This document shows, one piece after another, positions 25,259 to 35,641 of a DNA stretch of 37,259 nucleotides. Below the pieces are notes generated by a model. The model was not told the DNA's origin. It worked only from the letters and a program-made list of their open reading frames with translations, and did no database searches. Source of the DNA: Pelomyxa schiedti. Taxonomy: Eukaryota; Protista; Evosea. Each line of letters begins with the position of its first letter. The stretch's first letter is position 1. The translations under genes were made by a program, and so were the position numbers. The DNA lies in NCBI GenBank assembly GCA_020536535.1, contig JAHLWZ010000514.1, positions 1 through 37,259 of the forward strand, read 5' to 3'.

Positions 25259-26470
25259 CTACCAAATGTCAATGAATCCAAGTGACCTTTGCAGGAGTTC
25301 TAGTCTGAGGATGGCTATCACAGACCCAGTGGTTGGGTCTGTCACTTGGACATATTTGCCCAGTCCACTTGGTGGACTGCTGACCTTACATATCAGGCCA
25401 TTGGACAGCACCCTGATGCTGTTGAAGTCCGTGTTGTAATGAACAAAGCACGGTGCCGTCAGATTCCCGATGTGGAACACCTGGCAAGTGGAGGTGTTGC
25501 TGCAGGGAATCACGCAGAAGTGAGCATCATCCACATGTATCATCTGCTTCACATCCTGCAGCTCAGTGACATTCCCAGTGTTGGCGCAAACAAGGGCGAA
25601 CCTCTTCCTCCCAGACAAAAACACAGGGGCATACACAAGCCCGTTGTATGACATGAGGCCACCAACAGCAGAAGGGCTGGAAGCCATTGTCCACTCATGT
25701 GACTTGTGCATCACAAACTCACCACTCTCATATGACCTTCTAAGGTCCATGTGCAAAAGTGACCACCGCGATCCAGAAGTCTTCCTGAGGAAAGTGGCTT
25801 CGTTGAAATCGCCGAGGATCATTGGGCACAGTCCCTTGGTCATTGCGACCTTCTCAACGGTCAATTCGTGGAACGGCAGGATGACGTCACGCGGAGCAAC
25901 TGGGCAGCGGTTTTCCAGCGACCAGATCGTGACTTTGCCTTGGGCGACTGACGCCATCCAGGAGCAATTGCAGAGGACGAGGGGGTCGCAGTAGGCCTTG
26001 ACGTCAACAGCAACCGTGGCCAGTGCGCGGTCGTTGTCAAAGTCCCTCGTCGTGAACTCCTTCCCGAGGACTGTGACGACCGTCGAGCTGTCGAGGCACG
26101 CCCACAGCTGCTGCTTGAGCACGACGCGGGACTGCACGACCGCCATTGTGGGACTGAGGCAGAACCTCACGTTGCCAGTGACCCCCGACGCGGACGTGAA
26201 GTTCACGGCGACGGCGCGGTCGCGCGGGGTGACCCACCGGTGGGACACGTCGCGCAGGACCGAGGCCGGCATGTGCCTGGCGGGGCTGGCGGCGCCGCAG
26301 CGGGGCAGCAGCGCGGCGCCGAGGGCGAGGATCACAGCCGCGGGGCTCAGGGACCACTCGATGTCCGCGACGTCGTCCGCCACGAACGTGACGAAGTACG
26401 TGCCGCGATCTCCTCCTCCGCCGCCTCCTTCGCCTTTACGCTCGGGGAGAGCGGACCACTGTCGGCTCAT
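25259..26470 (-). CDS. Intronless hypothetical protein, likely a member of an expanded lineage-specific family
   Basis: Single ORF of about 403 aa from ATG 26470, with strong GC3 bias in its 5' half. N-terminal motif LALGAALLPRCGAASPAR is followed by beta-rich sequence. Confidence 0.75.
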   Translation of the reverse strand: MSRQWSALPERKGEGGGGGGDRGTYFVTFVADDVADIEWSLSPAAVILALGAALLPRCGAASPARHMPASVLRDVSHRWVTPRDRAVAVNFTSASGVTGNVRFCLSPTMAVVQSRVVLKQQLWACLDSSTVVTVLGKEFTTRDFDNDRALATVAVDVKAYCDPLVLCNCSWMASVAQGKVTIWSLENRCPVAPRDVILPFHELTVEKVAMTKGLCPMILGDFNEATFLRKTSGSRWSLLHMDLRRSYESGEFVMHKSHEWTMASSPSAVGGLMSYNGLVYAPVFLSGRKRFALVCANTGNVTELQDVKQMIHVDDAHFCVIPCSNTSTCQVFHIGNLTAPCFVHYNTDFNSIRVLSNGLICKVSSPPSGLGKYVQVTDPTTGSVIAILRLELLQRSLGFIDIW

Positions 26471-26708
26471 TTCGTTCGTTTTTTCGTCACTTCGCAAATG
26501 AGCTGGTTTTCCCCGAACCCACAGTGTGATCTTCTGCGGAGGCTCTCTCCTCTTCAGAGAGCAGGATGCATTCGTAAATTGTGACAGTGCTTCGATTGGT
26601 TGCATGCAACCAATCATTTGGATGTTCCCTCCCTGATCCCCTGAAAACACAGTGTCTGATTTGATGGCTTCTGTTAACTGGAAAACAAAAGGCGACTGAT
26701 CGTAAGGA

Positions 26709-27529
26709 ATGCCGCTTGTGTCGTTCTCTGAGCAGACAAAGGGGGACTTGATCCTACTGGCTCAACTGAAGCCCCCACACTACAAAGCACGTGTCCCCCA
26801 ACCGCCAACGCCCACACCCAACCCCTAATTAACTAAAAAAAACCCCAACAACAGGAGTTCATCCGCGTGGCCGTCGAGCTGACCAAGAACGGCGCCTCGC
26901 CCGCGACCAACTTGGCGCTGCGCAAGGCGGCGCAGACGGCGGGCCTGGCCGACGAGGAGCGCGTGCGCCGCGCCACGGACGCCGCCGCGACGGTGCTCAC
27001 CGAGTGCGCAAAGGCGTCGGTCGCCGAGGCCGACTTCGCCGAGATCGTCGCGTCGGTGCTGCAGGGAACTGGTGCCACCGGCGGGGGCGGCGCGACCGCT
27101 TCCGCGAACGCCGCGGCGCTGGGGGAGGCCGCGGTGACCGAGTTCTGCGGGATTATGGGAGAGGTGTACGGCGCCAACAAGGCTGAGCTGAGGAGGGTTC
27201 TGGGAGAATCAAGTTTCGGGCTTCCAAAGTACACTGACTTGGAGTGGAGGCTTGATGTCCCTGTTGCTACTAGGTGCCAGAGGCAGCTACCGGTCCAGCC
27301 TCTCTACATACTAAAGCTACACATAAACAACCCCTCCGCACCATCACCGGCTTCCTCTTCCGCTGCCGCTTCTGCCTCTGCAGCTTCAACCCCATCGCTG
27401 GTGAATGATGGGCCTATTGTACTGCAGGCCGATCCTCTTACTATATCCAACATGTGTGCACAGCTGGAGACAGCGATATCGCAGCTCAAGGCCTCGTCTA
27501 CAAGGCGTGTGATGCGCAACATACATTGA
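26709..27529 (+). CDS. COMMD2: COMM domain-containing protein 2
   Basis: EFIRVAVEL; LPKYTDLEWRLDVPVATR; YILKLHIN; VLQADPLTISNMCAQLETAISQLKASSTRRVMRNIH, colinear with COMMD2. First exon MPLVSFSEQTKGDLILLAQL is joined by intron 26787-26855. Confidence 0.92.
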
Positions 27530-27794
27530 ACAAACCCATTTCCCTGGTGTGTAGTGTTGTTAGTGCCACATAATAAAACACTTGGTCTCCACAAACCCTA
27601 TCTGTACAAGAAAGATAGTCCACATTTCCCCCTCTTCCACACAGGCTTTTGCTGTTACTGTGTTTGTGTCCCAGCTCTCTCAGAGTACTGCCCGTTCGAT
27701 GGTACCTCATCTTCGTAGAAAACATTTCCGTTGGGAGAGCAAAGATCGCAGGTGTTATTCTTGAGACACGATAATTAATCAAGGCGAAGGGGGG

Positions 27795-29336
27795 ATGCCG
27801 GGGTGTCGTATATGGTCGTTTTACATCCTCGCGTTGTTCACACTAGGTACTATTCACCAGCCCATAATAATACCCAACCTCCCCCGATACGGCACGTCGC
27901 CCTGAAAGCGTGCCGTTTGTTGGTTTTTTTTTTTTTTAATCCTTTTTTTTCTTGTTGTTCATTTGCCTCGGAAGGGAGTTGTGGACAGGACTCGCCGTTT
28001 GAGGCGTGGTGTACTGTTGATCACCCGGACGGGACGTCGTTCGACCATGCGTACCCTGTCACATTGGGATTCTACGGCCAGTCTCGCACAAAGGATACGT
28101 CGTCTTTGATTCATGAGTGCGTTCTTTCTTTCTTGTAATAAATTGTGTTAACTACTTAATTTTGTTATATTGTAGAAGTTATGTGACAGTAAATGCTATT
28201 ATCCTGGTTTTTTTTTTTTTTTTTTGAACCGCCACAAGGGAAATTGTGACAAGCTTATATACAGCTTACCCTCGACCCTCAGCTGTATTCCATGCTGGGG
28301 GAATGGTCGAGGGTGATGGGTCCTCCTCCTGGCAATCATTTTTCCAAATGATATCGCCTCTTTGCAGTGCCATCCCCATGTACTTTGTTCATGGTTCGTT
28401 CTTTCCTTTTCGAAAATAAGAATCTCTAATCTCGCCCCAGGTGGTGAAAGCACTGACGCCTTCACTTTTAACACAAAGTCCTCTCCAACATACTGGGTTC
28501 AGTTTGGCGGGGTTAGAGTGACTGTCTTGGACACTACTGAAGTTAATGCGGATCAAACTGCCTTCTTGACTGGTGTTCTTTCCAACACGACGGGAGTGGA
28601 CTGGGTACCGGCTTTCAGCACTTTGACATACCACTAATATTCCTCAGGATATTGCTATGTTATATAAGCCAAGATTCAGCACATCCCACGGTGGCTGTGG
28701 GTTCCTGGACTCGGACTTCGAGAAAGCCCTTTCAGATGCGGATTTAGTCATTCAAGGGTACTTCGCTTTACTCTCTTAACTCGCATGGCTAATATTAGTG
28801 CAGACGCGATGCAAACTATGAAAGAGCCTTCCCTATGCTGGGACCTCATTGGATTTCTACTGGTGGTGCAGCCCCGGTTGACGACTTAGAGTACCAGTTT
28901 TGGACAAATACTTGGTCCGCTTCATTCAAGACAGTGAACCACTTCTTGACACTGCAAGCAACGGCGGTTTTTGCACCCTTGTACTACAAGCCTAGTCTTT
29001 CTCACACTACTACAGACCTCTCTAACTGTGAAAGCAATCAACCCCCTCAATGGTACCATTGTGTATGACACTCTGTCAGTAATCAAGGGGCAACCCTTCA
29101 ACTGGTACGGCAGGCACGGCGATTATGATGTGTACTGTCAATCCGGATCCTGGTATGAAACAAGGGAATTCACAGCCCCAAACAAACAGTAAAATCACAA
29201 ACAAACCCCTAACAACAAATGCAACTGCAGGTGGCATGTTCCCGTTGGAATTGCTGTGGTTGTGGGGCTATCTGTGGGCTTCATCCTCTGCCCAATAGCC
29301 GCTACTTTATTCTGCCGCAAAATCAAGTCCGTTTGA
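27795..29336 (+). CDS. Type I membrane protein with a purple-acid-phosphatase-like (calcineurin-like metallophosphoesterase) ectodomain lacking metal ligands
   Basis: Signal peptide MPGCRIWSFYILALFTL. Spliced segments LGFYGQSRT, AVFHAGGMVE, WQSFFQMISPLCSAIPMYFVHGGE, VRVTVLDT..QTAFL, IAMLYKPRFS, ADLVIQGRDANYER and PHWISTGGAA follow the order and spacing of the MPP motifs. C-terminal TM helix VPVGIAVVVGLSVGFILCPIAATLF, then RKIKSV-stop. Confidence 0.75.
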
Positions 29337-29544
29337 AGTGTTTATTCAACTCTGAGGAACAGACCCAGCTGGTCCAGACCAGAAAGAAAAATAGAAAACT
29401 TTTCTAATTTAATTTAATCTGTCGAATACTTTTTTTTGATTGGCATTGGTCCCCGGCACATCACCCACTCAAACGAAGTTCTTGTCTTCGAGTAAAACAT
29501 CATTTTTCTTCAAAAAATACCAAGCAACGCTTGGTTGATTGACG

Positions 29545-30942
29545 ATGATGACGACGCAACAAGACAATACAAGCGACACATCGTGTTTGGAGGGGACTGC
29601 CCAGCCGGCAGTTGTACCACAGCAGACGCATCCGTCAGTAACGGTTGCGCCGATGACCCCTCCAAAGACCATATTTTCCGTGGACTCTGCAGAATTTACC
29701 CCGTTTAGAATGAAGCCCACTTCACCTTCTTGCACTTTCCGCGTCGACGCACCAGAGTTCTCTCCATCTGGGGACTTCTGTAAGAAAAGCTCCAAGACCT
29801 CTGGTTCTCCGCCGAACAGTGCCTCAACCACTACCGTAGCATCACCTCAAACTACACCATTGGTCCTTTCACGCACTGCTGACCCTCCACCCACCATAAC
29901 CATCGAAAAACCGGCAGTACAAGACTCCACCCCCACCCCAGATGAGAGCCAAGAGGCTCATAATGTGACCAACTCGGGACATCCTTCATTCAACGTTCCT
30001 GTGACGTCAAACGCACCAACAACTCCAACACGCAACCAGCCCCTTCTTGTCGCCGCTCGCTCTCTTAATGTCGAGAACGCCCCTTCACCATCGGCCGCGG
30101 TAGCAGTCACACAAACATCCACTTCGCCAAAAAGCCCTGGATTGTCACCCAATGACCGTCTCTTCAAACATCCCCTGGAACATCGATGGGTCATGTGGTA
30201 CGACAACTCACAGCGGAAGGAGATCAACCAGCAAAATTGGGGAGAGGGATTGAAAAGTCTACTGGATTTTGGCTATGTGGAAGATTTTTGGGGGTGAGTC
30301 TTTCACTTTTACACTTCCGTTCTTATTTTTCTGATTGCAATACATAAAGGATGTACAACAACCTGTATCCCCCAGGAGCCCTTCCGGTTGGCTCCAATTA
30401 CCATTTGTTCAAGGCAGGCATTGAACCCAAGTGGGAGGATCCAGCCAACACAGGAGGTGGGAAATGGATTGTGAATGTGGCAAAGAGACCGGACACCGCG
30501 GCGCTCAGCTTAGATTCATTGTGGTTAGAAACTGTATATAAGGCTATCTCCACTTTATACCCCTAATGGTTCCATGCAGATTCTCGCTTGTATTGGCGAA
30601 CAGTTTGATGATGGCTCCGACATGATATGCGGTGCCGTTGTTAGCACCCGAAAGCAGCTGGATAGGATAGGTAAGTCCCGCTCTTAGAACCTCATTTTTT
30701 TGAGTAACCTTCCTGAAGCTCTTTGGACAAAGGAGGACCGGTCTGGAGTGGAAATGATAAGAAAGATTGGGTGCGTGCTGCTTGGCCCATAAGACCTTAA
30801 TTTTACTTACACTCTCCACAGGCAAACTCTGAAATCCAAGCTTGGACTTCCGGCAAGCATGGTTATCAGTTACGGCACTCACACAGATGCCAGAGCCTCC
30901 AACAGCAGCTACTTTCGCCTTCATTCAAATTTGGAACTTTGA
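29545..30942 (+). CDS. eIF4E: Cap-binding translation initiation factor eIF4E (class I-type Trp pattern) with a ~205-aa N-terminal extension
   Basis: KHPLEHRWVMWYD..NWGEGL..VEDFWG|MYNNL..SNYHLFKAGIEPKWEDPANTGGGKW..LWLET|ILACIGEQF..ICGAVVSTRKQLDRI|ALWT. All eight conserved Trp positions are present. Confidence 0.96.
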
Positions 30943-30998
30943 TAAGGGCCGTGCCATAGGCCTTAGAACTATTACTTCATAAGATTGGGACTCACTTT

Positions 30999-33430
30999 TT
31001 ATTTATTTTGGCAGAAAAGGAACCGTTCTCTGATGGCAAGACCAAATTTAAAAGTGGGCCCAAAGATAACAACATTTGATGCGAAAGTGACGAAAGGGTT
31101 TGTGCGGTCGTACTTGCGGGTGTCGTTGTTTGAACGGCGAAACGAACTTATGGGGGCCACAAAAAAATGCACCACATCTTTACCATGTAACGTAGTTGAC
31201 ACCCGCATTACGACTCCGGCATAATTAATAATTAACAACCTTGAAAAATAACTTCAGTCATAACAGCACCACTGCGGACTCTTCGAAGAAAGCATTGAGG
31301 TGTAGGAATATGAGTCCTCTTTCTCTTCCTCTTCCACCTTCATTCGTTGTCAGCAGTGTCAAGAAGCAAGTAAGAGGGTGGTAATAGTTAACTTCCTCGC
31401 TTATTGTGCCAAGGTAATGTCTTTCCTTGCGTCACCTGTGGCCTTAAAGCCAGAATTGGATGCTATATTTCCCGGCCACCTCTACCAGAAAGAAAACGTT
31501 GAGAGTGATACTTGACAGCAGCAGAGCGGTGGCCAAACAAACGCACCCAAGGTGTAAATCCCTTTGTAATTTCCTTATATTGACTGATAATGTTGGAAAA
31601 ACTTTTGTTTGCAGGCTAAAAAGGGACATGCGGCGGTGGCAACACCCCCACAGTGTATACGACATGGCCAAACTGTGTCGTGTCATTGATTTGGATGTGG
31701 TCTTTATACAAATCTGTGGAAAGGATTAGACAGAGAAAGAGAGATTTGTAAATCACATGTCCGAATGCTTTTTGATTTATATATGTCGCTAGGCATAGGA
31801 GCAAGACTCAAGGCTATTTGCAAGTCTTTAACAAGCTCACAGATACACACTGCTCTTGTATTGTAAGTAATATCTGTTGATCCAAAATGGGCTGCCCTAG
31901 GCCTTTGAGGTAGGTGAGAATCCTGTTGGCGACCTTTTCGTCCAGCGTCCACTGCAGCTGAGCCGGCTTGTCTTGATGAAAAAGAAAAAACATAGGAAGA
32001 CAGAGGAAAACCTGACCCTCCAGGATCCCTTGGCCAATGTTAGAACGTGGGGAGATCGGCAACAATCTTTGAGTTGGTTGAAGATTCCTTTTTTGTTGTG
32101 TAACAGCGAGGAGCCTTGGAAGTGGCAACTCCAATAAAACGCGAAGTTCCTGTAGGTAGTTGATTAGTCTCCCCCCCCAGGAAGTTGAGGAGACTTACTC
32201 CAGTGTGGCTCTGGATCGAGTCCATCACGTCACAGTGGTCGATGTCAAAGCAGACGTACGGGGGACGCTCAAGGTAGGTGTGTGCACAGTCGAAGAATTC
32301 TACCTGTGAGATTGATGATGAGGCACAGTACGAAAACAAACAAAAAAAAACCAACGTACGATGGGCAGGAAAGCGACGGCACCAAGAACTCCTCTCGCGA
32401 GCACATCGACGCCATTCGGCGAAACGCACACCGTCACACGAGAGACGTGCTTCAGTGCACAAACACCTCTGCGTAGACGTAAAAAACAAAAAAAAAACCC
32501 GGCAGCCGAACCTCTCAATTTTTCCTTGCTGTACTCCGGTACTATGGCTTGTAGCAACATCAGTCCCTTTATATAGATAGAGCTTTCGACACCACACTCC
32601 AGCAAACGTACGATAATTGCACTCGAACTCTGGACACGCTGTTTGAGTTGGTAAACTGCTCACCGCAAATTTCAGCTGCATCACAGGGACAAGTTGAGAA
32701 ACAGAAATAATGGCTCCTCGGATTCTATGGAATCAATATAAATGAAACCACGAATTGTCAGGTGCTCTCTATGCTGTATTGTACCATATGAATTACAAAC
32801 AACGTTATACTAATTAATCACAAGAAAACAACAAGTTCAGTAAAACGTACACTAGGTTACACGGCATGTACAAGATACGTTTCCCGTATCGCATGCAGGT
32901 CCAATCTACCTCAATGCTGGTATGCCTGCCATTTTCATCTGACTACGCCACAATAAAACTGACTTTTTGAAGTTCTTTAAAGAACTACAAAGTAGTACTC
33001 ACCGCCGATGGCCTCCAGGAGACAACAACAAACAAAGTATTGTTCCAAGGCAGCTCGCACCGCAGGAAACAAGGTCGGTCCTCCAGGACGTTTTACCCCT
33101 CATTGAACCTGGTTTCTCTTGTATAAAAAAATTCAAAACAGGCTTTACTCAAATTCAAAGTTTCTGTGTTCTCTTTACTTGTTTTCCTTGCGTGGTTACT
33201 GTAAGCTCATGATGCTGGTTTTTGTGGATATACATGGAAAACGTGAATGCAGTGGTGGATGGTGGTAACAGGAATGAATTCATTCATCGAGTAAAAAAGA
33301 CATCCAGTGAGTCAAACCAATCCTCAACATTATTTGTCACCTTTTCAATAAATCCCCTCGGGCTAGGTTGGTTGTGCAAAGAAATGTCTTCTGATGATGG
33401 TCGTCCTCCTTTGTTAAGTCATAAATACTA
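30999..33430 (-). pseudogene. Multi-exon hypothetical gene copy carrying a frameshifting 224-bp deletion (5' end uncertain)
   Basis: Exons can be spliced, e.g. GVCALKHVSRV..FLPI|VEFFDCAHTYLERPPYVCFDID..|ELRVLLEL..|PAQLQWTLDEKVANRILTYLKGL. Relative to the copy at 36647-37259, sequence is missing at 31835/31836, giving SVSLLKTCK-stop. Confidence 0.55.
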
Positions 33431-33891
33431 CTACAAGTATACTTGGGTAACTAACCCTGTGGGGAGCAGATGGCACATTTTGAACAAATGAAGAATTGTC
33501 GGAAGCACAAAATACATCAAGCATAAGGTGATGAATCTCACACACTGGCGACCACCACACCTACCGAATGTTAGATTGATGATTGATATTTTATTGTATT
33601 CTATTGAATTACACAGAGCCACATAATAACAATTTTACTTTTATTACTATTAGCTGTTAGTATATCTCTTATACATACATATATATATATATATATAGTA
33701 AGAGTGCCTATTCCTAGACAACCAAGCAAGTTTGGAATTACAGCAGATGGCGGCACAAATTTCCTCTCCAACAAGATCGATCATCGTCGCCACACTTGGA
33801 AACAGCCACTCCGCCCCGCCGGCAGACAAAAACTTCTACCTTTGGTGAAATCTCGAGCTCTGCACCAAACGGCACCGCGGCGGTTGCGGCC

Positions 33892-33909
33892 GACGACGAC
33901 GAAGACCAA

Positions 33910-33990
<81 letters not shown>
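33892..33990 (+). repeat. (GAC)n trinucleotide microsatellite, about 26 uninterrupted units at 33910-33987
   Basis: Directly visible. Confidence 0.98.
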
Positions 33991-33991
<1 letters not shown>

Positions 33992-34227
33992 GCGGCCCAC
34001 GGAACAGCGGCCAACGCCAACTGGCCTCCTTGTTTATTCAAAAGTACGGAAAAGCTCCCTCCAATGCAGCAGTAATTTCATTGCCTGATGTGCTGCACTG
34101 GAGAGCCACCTAGGGGTGTATCTGGGTGTGTAGGGATACAAACTTTCCCAGAGTCTTTTTTCCCAGAGTGTTTTTTTGACGGTTGTTTTTTCAACAAGAG
34201 TGAGTCAACAACAGAATAACCGGTACC

Positions 34228-34490
34228 AGCCAACATTGGGTGCGAGCAAAACCGAAACAACCACAAAACAACCAAACAGTCAGTGCAGCATCAGTGCAGC
34301 ATCAGTCAGTGCAACATTGGGTGCTTACAAACCACTCGTTGCAAAGCCAAAACAACCACAAAACAACCAAACAGCTGCAACATTGGGTGCTTACAAACCA
34401 CTCGCTGCAGTGCAACATTGGGTGCTTACAAACCACTCGTTGCAAAACCGAAACAACCACAAAACAACCAAACAAATGCTGCAACATTTT
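34228..34490 (+). repeat. Modular minisatellite built from two motifs (TGCAACATTGGGTGCTTACAAACCACTCG and AAACAACCACAAAACAACCAAACA)
   Basis: CAACATTGGGTGC starts at 34231, 34312, 34378 and 34413, with a partial copy at 34482. The AAACAACCACAAAACAACCAAACA module occurs three times. Confidence 0.9.
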
Positions 34491-34680
34491 CTCCTCAAGC
34501 AATTACTTTGACAGTGATGAACAACGAGCTGGAAAGATAGCAACTTGATATGGATCTGCTTTGCCTATTGTCTTGCCGGCTGGGGATAATAGCGGCGTCA
34601 ATAGCTTACTCTACAACTTACAATACTCACTTTCGGTAACTAATAATCTCTTGTATGATCACCCCACTAAAGCATGACAG

Positions 34681-34959
34681 GTAGTAGACAGCCGCAGCTC
34701 TCTCTTTCCTGATTTCCGGCACTTTGTGACCTCCTTCTGGTAGGTGCCTTCTTCTTCTTCTTCTTTTCTTTTTTTTTTTGACTTTTTCTCCAGGCTCAAG
34801 ATATTATTATTATTTAGGTGTAGGTCGGCCGACCCGCTTGCTCAATCTATTATTACCAAGGTACATTCCCTTTTTTTTTATTGTCACCCCACTCAACAAC
34901 AACAGGACCCTGGATATAGTAGAATCATCGACACCCTGAGAAGCCGGAACGAACTTTGA
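34681..34959 (+). CDS. 3' exons of a short or degraded hypothetical gene
   Basis: In-frame GT-AG introns (about 34740-34791 and 34861-34905) join VVDSRSSLFPDFRHFVTSFW-LKILLLFRCRSADPLAQSIITK-DPGYSRIIDTLRSRNEL-stop. No clean upstream start was found. Confidence 0.3.
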
Positions 34960-35104
34960 CACAAAGTGTTCGTTCTGTCACCACTACCCCCACACAAAAC
35001 ACTCCTTTGAGTGGAGTTTGAATCTCCCTTTTGCAAATTTGCAGACAGAGCCCACCCACCCCACTCAACTGGACACAATAAGAAGAAGAAACACAACTTT
35101 TTTT

Positions 35105-35641
35105 TTAAAACACTTTCCTGGTGCCCACCACTTGTTGGGAGTAGGTTTTGTTGAGTAAGTCCAGTGTAACATGGAAGTAGCGGGTCGCCTTCTTCATAGA
35201 CTCGAGTATTTGTTCGTGGGTGTGGAGTAGGTTGGTCAAGGCACCGTCGGTTTGACTCAAGATAGGGAGCTGCAAGGTTACCCTGGTCAAGTCCTTTGTA
35301 ATAGCTTCCATGAGCTTCGTCCCTGCAAACAAAGACCCTGACCGCTCGTGCACCACTCTAATCCGTTCGGTCAACCTCTCCTGTGAAACGGTGAGTAGTA
35401 TCCATGAGGAGGAGGAGGAAAACGCACATACCAGGGATGAGGCGACGGCAATTGGGGACAATGGTGAGGAGGCTGCTGTACTAGTAGTGCATGTAGCTGT
35501 CGCCGTTGTTCTACCGGGTAAAGCAAGTTCATAGATAAAAGCAAGCATGCGAGATTCATTGGGCCAATTGGAGGTTGTGACAGTCGCCAGTGGAGGGGGT
35601 ATGTGCGGAGTGGGCGCCCCGCCCAGAGACAAGGAGAACAA
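35105..35641 (-). CDS. Hypothetical protein fragment
   Basis: 178-codon ORF with a helical-looking 3' half (QERLTERIRVVHER..LMEAITKDLTRVTLQLPIL). Upstream frames are broken and no family is recognised. Confidence 0.35.
   Translation of the reverse strand: MFSLSLGGAPTPHIPPPLATVTTSNWPNESRMLAFIYELALPGRTTATATCTTSTAASSPLSPIAVASSLVCAFSSSSSWILLTVSQERLTERIRVVHERSGSLFAGTKLMEAITKDLTRVTLQLPILSQTDGALTNLLHTHEQILESMKKATRYFHVTLDLLNKTYSQQVVGTRKVF

Noticed and set aside
4511-30942. Functional cluster of RNA-metabolism genes (helicase-like, TRF4, CWC25, eIF4E)
   Set aside because: They are interspersed with unrelated trafficking and ubiquitin-system genes in mixed orientation, which is compatible with chance in a compact genome.
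34228-34490. CRISPR-like array
   Set aside because: Eukaryotic context, the intervening sequences are themselves repeated, spacing is irregular and no cas genes are present.
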